From Vicinamibacterales bacterium (GTDB lineage: Bacteria; Acidobacteriota; Vicinamibacteria; Vicinamibacterales; UBA2999), in NCBI GenBank assembly GCA_044347565.1, contig JBIKUN010000003.1, forward strand, positions 13,332 through 77,331: a stretch of 64,000 bases of DNA, written 5' to 3'. Under the pieces are notes generated by a model that did not search any database, was not told where the DNA came from, and was given only the letters and a program-made list of their open reading frames with translations. Both the position numbers and the translations under genes were made by a program. Positions within the stretch are counted from its first letter, which is position 1. Each line of letters starts with the position of its first letter. Of the stretch, positions 46,495-54,918 are shown piece after piece.

Positions 46495-47721
46495 ATGCGA
46501 CATCCCGCCGTCCGCTGGTCCGTGCTCGCCATCGCCGTGGTGGCGGCGGCCGGCTGCTGCTACCGGGCGGCCACGCTCGAACGTCGCGCCCTCGACCAGC
46601 GCCGCACCCTGAGCGCGGCGACCAACGACGCCCGCAACCTGCAGAAGGCGCTCGCCGATACGCGCCGGGCGCTGAGCGCGATGGCATCGCCCGGCCAGGC
46701 GGCGGTGAGCTGGAGCCGGCAGGCCAACGCGTCCATCGATTTGGCGCGCGCAAAGCTCGCTGCCCTCATGACCACGGAAGACGGCGCCGGGCTCAGGCCG
46801 CAGGCTGAACGTCTCGACAAACTCGCCGACGCGGAAGCGCGGCTGCATGACAACGCCGTGAGCGGACGCGCGCTCATGGCGAGCGACGTCGCCTTCGGCG
46901 AAGCGCTGCCGCATGTGGACGCGCTCGATCACCAGGTGGCGGAGACCATCGGCGCGATGATCGAAACGGCAGACCGCGATCTCGCGACCGCGCGCGACCA
47001 GCAGATTCTCGCACTCGCCGGTGCACTCGGGGTCCTCGGTGTGGCAGCCGTGCTGCTCACTCCCACGCCGCGCCGCCGCGACGACGACGCGCCCGCGACG
47101 GCGGACACGGCCGGAGGCACCGAGCCGGTGGCCGACGGCCTGGCGCTGGCCATCACTCCCGCGCCGGTGGCAGCCGCGGCGTCCGACGCGCTTCCGGGCG
47201 CCGCGCCAGCCGCGCTCGCGGTGCCGCGCGTGCATCTCACGCCGCTGGCCGCGGCCTGCGACCAGCTCGCGCGGCTCGCCGATGGCGACACGCTGCCTGC
47301 CGTGCTCGACACGGTGCGGCCGGCTCTCGGCGCGCGCGGCATCGCCGTGTGGCTCGCGGGCGCCGACCAGACGACGTTGCAGGTGGTGGCGTCGTCGGGC
47401 TACGACCGCCGCATCGTCGAGCGTTTCCCGGTGATCGCGGTGAGCGACGACAACCCCACCGCCAGGGCGTTCGCGCGCGTGCGGCCGATGACGCTCGCGG
47501 CCGATGCCGGGCAGCCGGCGGCGATTGCGGTGCCGATTGCCGGCGCCCGCGGCACGACCGGCGTGCTCTCGCTCGAGATGCTCGGCGCGCGCGCGGCCGG
47601 CCCCGACGTGGTCGCCGCCGCCGGCATCGTGGCGTCGCAGCTGGCGACGCTGCTCGAGCCGCTGCCGAAGGCCGACGCGGAACCGGCGGACGTGCCGCCG
47701 GTTCTCGCCGAACTCGGCTAG
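46495..47721 (+). CDS. Membrane-anchored coiled-coil protein with a C-terminal GAF-like domain
   Basis: The TM helix is WSVLAIAVVAAAGCC. A helical A/R/L-rich region follows, then a second TM and an A/P-rich linker. The C-terminus LPAVLDTVRPALGARGIAVWL...VVASSGY...AVPIAGARGTTGVLSLEM resembles GAF. Confidence 0.55.
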   Translation: MRHPAVRWSVLAIAVVAAAGCCYRAATLERRALDQRRTLSAATNDARNLQKALADTRRALSAMASPGQAAVSWSRQANASIDLARAKLAALMTTEDGAGLRPQAERLDKLADAEARLHDNAVSGRALMASDVAFGEALPHVDALDHQVAETIGAMIETADRDLATARDQQILALAGALGVLGVAAVLLTPTPRRRDDDAPATADTAGGTEPVADGLALAITPAPVAAAASDALPGAAPAALAVPRVHLTPLAAACDQLARLADGDTLPAVLDTVRPALGARGIAVWLAGADQTTLQVVASSGYDRRIVERFPVIAVSDDNPTARAFARVRPMTLAADAGQPAAIAVPIAGARGTTGVLSLEMLGARAAGPDVVAAAGIVASQLATLLEPLPKADAEPADVPPVLAELG

Positions 47722-47811
47722 ACGCGTCTTGCGCCGCAGGCGGGCCGCGCGCCGGACGGTCCGACCGTTATGGCTCGCCGCTCGTCAGCGCGTCGCCGCC
47801 ATCGGTTGAGG

Positions 47812-47847
47812 GGTCTGCCTTCGCCCCTTCGGGGCTTCTGCGAGACC
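47812..47847 (+). terminator. Nested hairpin (GGTCT..GCCCC-TTC-GGGGC..AGACC) between the GAF gene and the glnA promoter
   Basis: The inner stem is 47823-47827 with 47831-47835, followed by TTCTG. The outer stem is 47812-47816 with 47843-47847. It abuts the TATACT box. Confidence 0.4.
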
Positions 47848-47849
47848 GA

Positions 47850-47855
47850 TATACT
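47850..47855 (+). promoter_or_regulatory. Candidate -10 box TATACT upstream of glnA (5 nt before GTG 47861, 14 nt before ATG 47870)
   Basis: The sequence is CCGATATACTggccgGTGactcacATG, with no SD. Confidence 0.45.
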
Positions 47856-47869
47856 GGCCGGTGACTCAC

Positions 47870-49195
47870 ATGGACACGAAAGCCGCGATCCTCGAACGGG
47901 CCGAGCGCGAAGGCGTGAAGTTCCTCCGCCTCCAGTTCACCGACATCCTCGGCGTCATCAAGAACGTCGAGGTGCCCGACCGGCAGTTCGCCGACGCCCT
48001 CGACGGCCAGGTGCTCTTCGACGGCTCGTCGATCGAAGGGTTCGTGCGCATCGAAGAGTCGGACATGTATCTGAAGCCCGACCTCGCCACCTTCCAGGTG
48101 CTGCCGTGGCGCGATGCCAGCGGCGCGAAGGTGGGCGGCGTCACCTGCGACATCATGAACCCCGACGGCACGCCGTTCGAGGGCTGCCCGCGTTCGGCGC
48201 TGAAGCGCGCGATCGCGCGTGCGAAGGCGATGGACTTCCGCATGGTGGCCGGCCCCGAGGCCGAGTTCTTCCTGTTCCAGCGGCGCGACGGCAGCCCGAC
48301 GACGACCACGCACGACACGGCCGGCTACTTCGATCTGGCGCCGGTCGACCAGGGCGAGGACGTGCGGCGCGAGATCGTGCTCGCGCTCGAGCAGATGGGC
48401 TTCCTCGTGGAAGCCGCGCATCACGAAGTGGCGCCCGGCCAGCACGAAGTGGACTTCCGCTACGACGACGTGCTGGCGACGGCCGACAACATCAGCACCT
48501 TCCGCTTCATCGTGAAGAACGTGGCGCTCAGGAACGGCCTGCACGCCACCTTCATGCCGAAGCCGATCGTCGGCGTGAACGGCTCGGGCATGCACACGCA
48601 CCAGACGCTGCTCAGGCACGGGAAGAACGCGTTCTTCGATGCGACGCGCGAGTGGCAGTTGAGCGCCACCTGCCTGCACTACATCGGTGGGCTGCTGCGT
48701 CATGCGCGCGCCTACTGCGCGATCACGAACCCGCTCGTGAATTCGTACAAGCGGCTCGTGCCGGGCCACGAAGCGCCGACGGCGATTGCGTGGTCGGAGA
48801 AGAACCGCAGTCCGCTCGTGCGCGTGCCGGCGGCGCGCGGCGACGGCACCCGGGTGGAGCTGCGCCTGCCGGACCCGTCCTGCAACCCGTATCTCGCGCT
48901 CACCGTGATGCTGCGCGCCGGCCTCGACGGCGTGGTGCAGGAACTCGATCCCGGGCCGCCGGTGAACAAGAACATCTTCAAGATGAGCCACCGCGAGCGG
49001 CGGCACCTGCGCATCGACGATCTGCCCACGAACCTGAGCGAAGCGCTCGACGAACTCGAGAAGAGCGACCTCGTGCGCGATGCGCTCGGCGAACACATCG
49101 TCGAGCACTTCCTCGCCGCCAAACGCGGCGAGTGGGACGACTACAGCCGCCACGTCTCGCCCTGGGAGCGCGATCGCTACCTGTCGGTCTACTGA
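47870..49195 (+). CDS. glnA: Glutamine synthetase, type I (GSI-alpha-like, ~441-444 aa)
   Basis: It is collinear with my recollection of B. subtilis GlnA: LRLQFTDILG, FDGSSIEGFVRIEESDMYL, PEAEFFLF, HHEVAPGQHE, KPIVGVNGSGMH, NSYKRLVPGHEAP and NRSPLVRVP. Confidence 0.9.
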   Translation: MDTKAAILERAEREGVKFLRLQFTDILGVIKNVEVPDRQFADALDGQVLFDGSSIEGFVRIEESDMYLKPDLATFQVLPWRDASGAKVGGVTCDIMNPDGTPFEGCPRSALKRAIARAKAMDFRMVAGPEAEFFLFQRRDGSPTTTTHDTAGYFDLAPVDQGEDVRREIVLALEQMGFLVEAAHHEVAPGQHEVDFRYDDVLATADNISTFRFIVKNVALRNGLHATFMPKPIVGVNGSGMHTHQTLLRHGKNAFFDATREWQLSATCLHYIGGLLRHARAYCAITNPLVNSYKRLVPGHEAPTAIAWSEKNRSPLVRVPAARGDGTRVELRLPDPSCNPYLALTVMLRAGLDGVVQELDPGPPVNKNIFKMSHRERRHLRIDDLPTNLSEALDELEKSDLVRDALGEHIVEHFLAAKRGEWDDYSRHVSPWERDRYLSVY

Positions 49196-49197
49196 CG

Positions 49198-49220
49198 CGG
49201 CGGCCCGGGTGCGCCGCGCA
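49198..49220 (+). terminator. GC hairpin directly after the glnA stop (CGCGGCG-9 nt-CGCCGCG)
   Basis: This is a 7-bp perfect stem. There is no U-tract, so the terminator function is tentative. Confidence 0.35.
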
Positions 49221-49545
49221 GTGACGGCACGCGTGGCTCCCGTGGAGGTCAGCGCGTCCCGGGGCAAGGACGCCGGAGAGGGACACGGGATCGGAACGCG
49301 CGACGGCGGTTCACGCCGATCTGGCGCAAAACCAGCGCTTCCCGGGCGGATGCGCTTCGGAGCCAGGACGGCACGCGTCTTGATTAGGTGAAGAATGAGC
49401 GCGACGGATCACCGGGGTGCGTTCAATCAGGCAGGCGCTGGCATCGCCGCATCCCGGACGTACTTCCACGACTCCGGCGCGCTCACTGTTTCTCGCGCAC
49501 TCTGCGCGTGCCGTGGCAACACGGCCGCTGACCGGGAGGTCGACC

Positions 49546-49917
49546 GTGATCACCTCGCGCAACATCGTGTGGACCCTCGCGGCCGTGACGCTGGCCGCCG
49601 CGCTCACGACCGCCTGCGCCTCGGTGCCGGGACGTCCGGCCATCCGGCAGGTGCAGAACCAGCCAGGGCGCTTCGTGGACCACACGGTCACCGTCACCGG
49701 CACGGTCACCTCGTCGTGGGGCGTGCCCCTCGTGGGCTTCAACGTGTTCCGCATCGACGACGGCACCGGCGAAATCACGATCGTCTCGACTGACCGGCGC
49801 GTGCCCGGTCGCGGCGCCCGCGTCGAGGTGCGGGGCAAGGTCGAAGACGTGGCCATGCTCGGCGGGCGGGCCCTCGGCCTCCACATCAGGGAACGGCGGA
49901 TCCGCTACCGCAACTGA
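49546..49917 (+). CDS. Small lipoprotein, possibly OB-fold (BOF-like)
   Basis: SD GGGAGG precedes GTG 49546. The lipobox is ALTTAC. The body is VTVTGTVTSSWGVPLVGFNVFRIDDGTGEITIV...ARVEVRGKV. Confidence 0.55.
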   Translation: MITSRNIVWTLAAVTLAAALTTACASVPGRPAIRQVQNQPGRFVDHTVTVTGTVTSSWGVPLVGFNVFRIDDGTGEITIVSTDRRVPGRGARVEVRGKVEDVAMLGGRALGLHIRERRIRYRN

Positions 49918-49995
49918 CCGCGTAAGTCTCTCATTGTCTATGATTTGGCTGACTGCGCGAGGGGCCGTACGCCGGTCCGGATCCGAGTCGCAGGT

Positions 49996-50039
49996 GCCGG
50001 GTCGGCCACCAGCCCACGGCGGCCCGGCTCTTTTCTTTG
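49996..50039 (+). terminator. Candidate rho-independent terminator after the lipoprotein gene
   Basis: The stem is GCCGGG (49996-50001) with CCCGGC (50023-50028), followed by TCTTTTCTTTG. Confidence 0.5.
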
Positions 50040-50093
50040 CCCCCGGCCAGGCCCTTCGGGGGAGCCAGCGGCCCCACCCTTTGTGAAATCAGG

Positions 50094-50099
50094 TACAAT
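50094..50099 (+). promoter_or_regulatory. Candidate -10 box TACAAT, 9 nt upstream of GTG 50109 (atpB)
   Basis: The sequence is CAGGTACAATctcagggctGTG, with no SD. Confidence 0.4.
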
Positions 50100-50108
50100 C
50101 TCAGGGCT

Positions 50109-50822
50109 GTGGAAGCTCTCGAACACCCCTCACCGCTTGTCGACCTGGTGAACGCCCTGATGGGCCCGCTCGGCGTGCAGGTACCAGACTACCTGGTCTT
50201 CTGCGCGCTCATCGTGCTGTTCCTGGCGGGCATCGGCCTCTACATCAGGTCGCGGCTCAGCGTCGACAACCCCGGCAAGCTGCAGATCGTGCTCGAGGAC
50301 ATCGTCACGTTCATCGTGGACAACCTCGAAAACATGATGCCCCACAAGGGCAAGAAGTTCCTGCCGCTCGTCGGCACGGTCTTCGTGTTCATCCTGCTCG
50401 GCAACCTGATGGGCCAGATTCCCGGGCTCGGTTCGCCCACGAGCAACGTGAACGTGCCGTTCGCACTCGCCATCGTCGTGTGGCTCTACTACCACATTGA
50501 AGGCATCAAGGCGCAGGGCATCGCCAGCTACCTGCTGCACTTCGCCTTCCCGCCGGGCGTGCCCAAGGCGATGGCGCCGCTGATGCTCCCGATCGAGCTC
50601 ATCAGCCACAGCTCGCGCGTGATGTCGCTCACGCTGCGTCTCTTCGGCAACATCTTCGGTGAACACCTGGTGGTGCTCATCATCGGCAGCATCGTGCCGT
50701 TCCTCGCGCCGCTGCCGATTCAGATGCTCGGCCTCATCGTGGGCCCGCTGCAGGCGTTCATCTTCATGACGCTCACGGCGATCTACCTCGCCTCGGCCAC
50801 CGCAGTCGACGAACACCACTAG
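50109..50822 (+). CDS. atpB: F0F1 ATP synthase subunit a
   Basis: The segment SLTLRLFGNIFGEH...LQAFIFMTLTAIYLASA matches the E. coli subunit a segment GLRLFGNMYAGE...LQAFIFMVLTIVYLSMA, including the essential Arg. The start is uncertain (GTG 50109 or ATG 50160). Confidence 0.9.
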   Translation: MEALEHPSPLVDLVNALMGPLGVQVPDYLVFCALIVLFLAGIGLYIRSRLSVDNPGKLQIVLEDIVTFIVDNLENMMPHKGKKFLPLVGTVFVFILLGNLMGQIPGLGSPTSNVNVPFALAIVVWLYYHIEGIKAQGIASYLLHFAFPPGVPKAMAPLMLPIELISHSSRVMSLTLRLFGNIFGEHLVVLIIGSIVPFLAPLPIQMLGLIVGPLQAFIFMTLTAIYLASATAVDEHH

Positions 50823-50895
50823 CCGGTGTCGAGGCGGCAGGCGCCAGAGCCGGCCGGGGCGAATTCTCGTCACACGCGAACGTCGGGCTCGCGAT

Positions 50896-50901
50896 TAGAA
50901 T
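50896..50901 (+). promoter_or_regulatory. Candidate -10 box TAGAAT, 8 nt upstream of ATG 50910
   Basis: The sequence is GCGATTAGAATacgccgccATG, with no SD. Confidence 0.4.
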
Positions 50902-50909
50902 ACGCCGCC

Positions 50910-52277
50910 ATGGGCATGTCTCCTGGCGGCGTTCGTGTGTTCACCCTCGCGTCGATTGCCGCGGGATTCCTGCTGGCGGGCGCGCCGGCGCTGGCGCGGC
51001 AGGACAACCGCATCGACCACGTGTCGCCGATGGCGCCGGAACTGGCCGTCCACGGCGCCTATGCCATCGGCGTGCGCACGCTGCAGGCGATGGACCGCGG
51101 GCGTCCAGACATCCTGAACACGAAAGACGGCGCGCCCACGGTGCGTTACGACCGGCCGCTGACGCTCGAAGTCTGGTATCCGGCCGTAGCGGGCGCCGGC
51201 ACAAACGGCGGCGGCGGTGAATACCGCACGATGCTGCGAGACGGCGCCACCGCAACAACGCTGCGCGGCCGCGCCGTGCGCGACGCGGAGCCGCTTGCGG
51301 GCACGGCGCCCTTCCCGCTCGTGGTCATCTCGCACGGGTATCCCGGGAACCGGTTCCTCATGAGCCACCTCGCCGAGAACCTCGCGAGCAAGGGCTACGT
51401 GGCCGTGTCGATCGACCACACCGACAGCACCTACGACGCGCAGAAGGCCTTCAACAGCACGCTCTACAACCGCGCCTTCGACCAGCTCTTCGTGCTGAAT
51501 GAGATGGCGCGTCTGGCCGCCGCCGGCTCGGGCAGCGTGCTCGCCGGGCGCGTGGACGTCTCGCGCACGGCCATCCTTGGGTATTCGATGGGCGGCTACG
51601 GTGTGGTGAACGTGGTGGGCGGCGGCTACCGGCCCGAAGCCGCGGCGTTCCCGAACGGCCCGCCCAACAAGCTGCTGCTCGAACGCGCCGCCGGATCGGC
51701 GGCCTTCGAGAAGACGCGCGATTCGCGCATCAAGGCGGCGATCGCGATTGGCCCGTGGGGCATGCACGTGGGCTACTGGGACGCGGCCGGGCTCGCTGGC
51801 ATCCGCACGCCGATGCTCTTCGTCGCGGGCAGCGCCGACGATGTCTCGGGGTATGAGAAGGGCACGCGCGCCATCTTCGAAGGCGCCGCGAACAGCGACC
51901 GCCACCTGCTCACGTTCGTGAACGCGAACCACAACGCCGCGGCGCCCATTCCGGCCCCGGCCGAGGCGTATCAGTTCTCCGAAGCCGCCAAGTCGTACCC
52001 CTACACACACTACGCCGACCCGGTGTGGGACACGGTGCGGATGAACAACATCCTCGCCCACTTCGTGACGGCTTACGTGGACCTGCACCTCAAGGGCGAC
52101 ACGGCCAAGCGGGCCTACCTCGATGTGGTGCCGCAGGGGAAAGACGCCGTGTTCGCGCTCGATCGCAGCGGCGCCCCGGCGCCCACGCACACCTACTGGA
52201 AGGGCTTCAAGCGCGGCACCGCCGTGGGCCTCGTGCTCGAACATCGTGCGCCCGACACCCTGAAAACGCAGCAATGA
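50910..52277 (+). CDS. Secreted alpha/beta-fold serine hydrolase (PAF-acetylhydrolase / dienelactone hydrolase-like)
   Basis: There is a signal peptide. Matching segments are PLVVISHGYPGN, the nucleophile elbow GYSMGG and VAGSADD. Confidence 0.75.
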   Translation: MGMSPGGVRVFTLASIAAGFLLAGAPALARQDNRIDHVSPMAPELAVHGAYAIGVRTLQAMDRGRPDILNTKDGAPTVRYDRPLTLEVWYPAVAGAGTNGGGGEYRTMLRDGATATTLRGRAVRDAEPLAGTAPFPLVVISHGYPGNRFLMSHLAENLASKGYVAVSIDHTDSTYDAQKAFNSTLYNRAFDQLFVLNEMARLAAAGSGSVLAGRVDVSRTAILGYSMGGYGVVNVVGGGYRPEAAAFPNGPPNKLLLERAAGSAAFEKTRDSRIKAAIAIGPWGMHVGYWDAAGLAGIRTPMLFVAGSADDVSGYEKGTRAIFEGAANSDRHLLTFVNANHNAAAPIPAPAEAYQFSEAAKSYPYTHYADPVWDTVRMNNILAHFVTAYVDLHLKGDTAKRAYLDVVPQGKDAVFALDRSGAPAPTHTYWKGFKRGTAVGLVLEHRAPDTLKTQQ

Positions 52278-53113
52278 GCGACGCCAACGCGTCCACGCCC
52301 GCGGGTACGACCCTCAGTCACATCCCGCTCTTCGCGCGGCTCGACGCCGCCGGCGACGACGCGCTGCTGCGCCGCCTCACGCGGAAGACGGTCAAGGAGA
52401 ACGAACCCGTCTTCTGGTTCGGCGATACCGGCGACACGCTGTACATCATCGATACCGGCCGCGTGACCGTGACGGCGCCCGACGCCGAGGGCAACCACGT
52501 GGTGCTCGATACGCTCGGCCCGGGCGGCATCTTCGGCGAGCTGTCGCTGCTCGACGGCGGCCCGCGCAGCGCCACCGTGCGTGCCATCTCGGACTGTTCG
52601 CTGCTGGCGCTCCATCGCGAAGCCTTCCACGCCTTCCTGCACGAACGGCCGGATGCTGCCATCGACATCCTGCAGGTGCTCGGTGCCCGTCAGCGCACCA
52701 GTACGGCGACGATCCGCGGCCTGAGGAATCCGAACAGCGCCATCGCCGAAGCCACGACGCGCTGGCAGCGCGTGAGCGATGTCGTGGCCATGGTGGCGGC
52801 CAGCCACGTCTTCACGATCGCGCACCTGTGCTGGTTCGGCGGCTGGATCCTCGTCAACACGTTCGCGAACGCCGGCTGGCTGCCGCGCGTGCTGGCCTTC
52901 GACCCGTTTCCGTTCGGGCTGCTCACGCTCATCGTGAGCCTCGAGGCAATCTTCCTCTCGATCTTCGTGCTGGTCAGCCAGAACCGGCAATCCGAGCGCG
53001 ACCGGATCCGTACGGACCTCGACTACCAGGTCAACGTGAAGGCACACGTCGAGATCATGGGCATCGTCGATCGCCTCGACCGCATCGAGCGGTCGCTCAA
53101 CCGGCGCGCCTAG
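52274..53113 (+). CDS. Cyclic-nucleotide-binding domain fused to a DUF1003-type membrane domain
   Basis: The ATG overlaps the upstream stop (ATGA 52274-52277). The cNMP domain has IPLFARL...GDTLYIIDTGRV...GGIFGELSLLDGGPRSATVRA. Two TM helices follow, then VSQNRQSERDRIRTDLDYQVNVKAH, typical of DUF1003. Confidence 0.75.
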   Translation: MSDANASTPAGTTLSHIPLFARLDAAGDDALLRRLTRKTVKENEPVFWFGDTGDTLYIIDTGRVTVTAPDAEGNHVVLDTLGPGGIFGELSLLDGGPRSATVRAISDCSLLALHREAFHAFLHERPDAAIDILQVLGARQRTSTATIRGLRNPNSAIAEATTRWQRVSDVVAMVAASHVFTIAHLCWFGGWILVNTFANAGWLPRVLAFDPFPFGLLTLIVSLEAIFLSIFVLVSQNRQSERDRIRTDLDYQVNVKAHVEIMGIVDRLDRIERSLNRRA

Positions 53114-54918
53114 CCGACGATGCGCACGACCACGGCCGTCTGGTCGTCGGTCTGCTCGGCGTTGCCGCGAAACGCCGACATCGTCGCGAAGATCCGCTCG
53201 ACGATCTCTGCCGCCGGCTTGTCGCGGTGCGCGCGCACGACCTCGGCGATCCGCGCCGAACCGAACTCCGCACCCGACTCGCTGAACGTCTCGGAGATGC
53301 CGTCCGAGCAGAAGACGAACACGTCACCGATGTTCGCCGGCACGACGATCTCGTCGTAGGTGGTCGTGCCGAAGGACCCGAGCGGCACGCCGGGCAGCTC
53401 GATCTGCGCGCTCGTGGCGCCATCCGCGGTACAGCGGATCGGATACGGCAGACCCGAGTTGGCCATCGTCACCGTGTGGCGGCGCAGATCGAAGATCGCG
53501 TAGCAGAGCGTGCAGTAATACTCCTCGAGCTCGCGCTCGTGGAGGATGCGGTTGATCGAGGTGAGCGTCGGGCCTGGGCCGGCCGGATCGTGGCTGGCCC
53601 GGCGGCGGAAGGTGCGGCTGCGCACGACCTCGCTCGCGAACACGCTGTAGAGCGCCGCCGGCACGCCCTTGCCCGAGACGTCACCCACGGCGACGATGAG
53701 CTGATTCGGCTCCGGCGCGAGGAACTCGTAGAGGTCGCCGCCGAGCTCGCGGGCCGGCTCGAACCGCCACGATACGTCGACGGCGCGGATGCGCTTCGGC
53801 AGCTCGCGCGGCAGCAGCGCCATCTGCACGCGCTGCGCGAAGCGCAGTTCCTTCTCGATCCGGAGCTCGTTGGCGCGCAGCGCTTCCCACAGGCGCGCGT
53901 TCTCGATCGCCACCGCGGCTTCCGACGCCAGCAGCGTGAGCAGCTCCACGTGCCGCTTCGAGAAGGCGTTGAGCTCGGGACTTTCGAGGTCGAAGGCGCC
54001 GATGCAGCGGTCCTTCACGAGCAGCGGCACGACCAGCTCCGACTTGGCGTCTGGCACGGCGTTGATGTAGCGCGGATCCTTCGCGACATCCGGCGCGAGC
54101 ACCACTTCCTTGTGCTGCACCGCATAGCCGAGCAGGCCTTCGCCGATCTTCATCGACGCGCTGGCCGACGCCTCGCCGTAGCTGATCGCCACCTTGAACT
54201 CGATCATGCCGCTGTCGTCGTTCAGGAGCGCGATGCCGAAGGTGCGGTAGGCGATGACCCGCTTGACGAGATGCGCCACGCGTGTGAGCAGCTCGTCGAG
54301 GTCGAGGATGCCGCTCATCTCGCGGCCCACTTCGGCGAGCGTCGCCATCGTCTCGGAGTACTCGCGCTCCGACTCGAAGAGCCGCGCGTTCACGATCGCC
54401 TGGGCGATCGGCGCCGCGAAGGCCCTGAGCATCGCTTCGTCGGTGTCGTCGAAGGCGTCGCGATCGCTGCTGAGCAGGTTGAGCGCGCCGATGACCGCGC
54501 CTTTGTTGCGCAGCGGCACGACCAGCGTGGACTGCACGCCCGGCACGACCGAGATGTAACGCGGATCGGACGCCACGTCGTTCAGCAGGATCGACCGCTG
54601 CTCCTTGACGGCCGTGCCCACCGTGCCCTGCCCGAGCGCCAGCCGCACCTGCCTCGCGGCTGCCTCGGGGTACCCCTCGGCGTAGGCGATGCGCAGCGTT
54701 TCGCCGGCCTCGTCGAGCAGGTACACCGAGAAGACGCCGAACGGCGTGAGCCGGGCGATGAGCCGCGGAATGCGGGTGAGCAGCTCATCGAGGTCGAGCA
54801 CGCCGGTCACTTCGCGGCTGAGCGCGAAAAGCGTGGCCAGACGGTCCTGATCGGACGGACGTGCCCCGGGGGCAACCGACGGCGACGGTTCGCCGGACGT
54901 GGAATCGGCCGTGGTCAT
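53110..54918 (-). CDS. GAF-GAF-PP2C (SpoIIE-type) protein phosphatase
   Basis: There are two GAF-like modules (LDLDELLTRIPRLI...GTVGTA and ILDLDELLTRVAHLV...GLLGYA). The phosphatase domain has QRVQMALLP, LGGDLYEF, VAVGDVSGKGVPAAL, FCSDGISE and DDQTAVVVR. Confidence 0.85.
   Translation of the reverse strand: MTTADSTSGEPSPSVAPGARPSDQDRLATLFALSREVTGVLDLDELLTRIPRLIARLTPFGVFSVYLLDEAGETLRIAYAEGYPEAAARQVRLALGQGTVGTAVKEQRSILLNDVASDPRYISVVPGVQSTLVVPLRNKGAVIGALNLLSSDRDAFDDTDEAMLRAFAAPIAQAIVNARLFESEREYSETMATLAEVGREMSGILDLDELLTRVAHLVKRVIAYRTFGIALLNDDSGMIEFKVAISYGEASASASMKIGEGLLGYAVQHKEVVLAPDVAKDPRYINAVPDAKSELVVPLLVKDRCIGAFDLESPELNAFSKRHVELLTLLASEAAVAIENARLWEALRANELRIEKELRFAQRVQMALLPRELPKRIRAVDVSWRFEPARELGGDLYEFLAPEPNQLIVAVGDVSGKGVPAALYSVFASEVVRSRTFRRRASHDPAGPGPTLTSINRILHERELEEYYCTLCYAIFDLRRHTVTMANSGLPYPIRCTADGATSAQIELPGVPLGSFGTTTYDEIVVPANIGDVFVFCSDGISETFSESGAEFGSARIAEVVRAHRDKPAAEIVERIFATMSAFRGNAEQTDDQTAVVVRIVG

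Noticed and set aside
47845-47852. ACCGATAT upstream of glnA as a sigma-28 (FliA) -10 element (consensus GCCGATAA).
   Set aside because: There is no TAAA -35 element at the required ~15-nt distance, and a flagellar promoter in front of glnA is biologically implausible. The overlapping TATACT reads better as a housekeeping -10.
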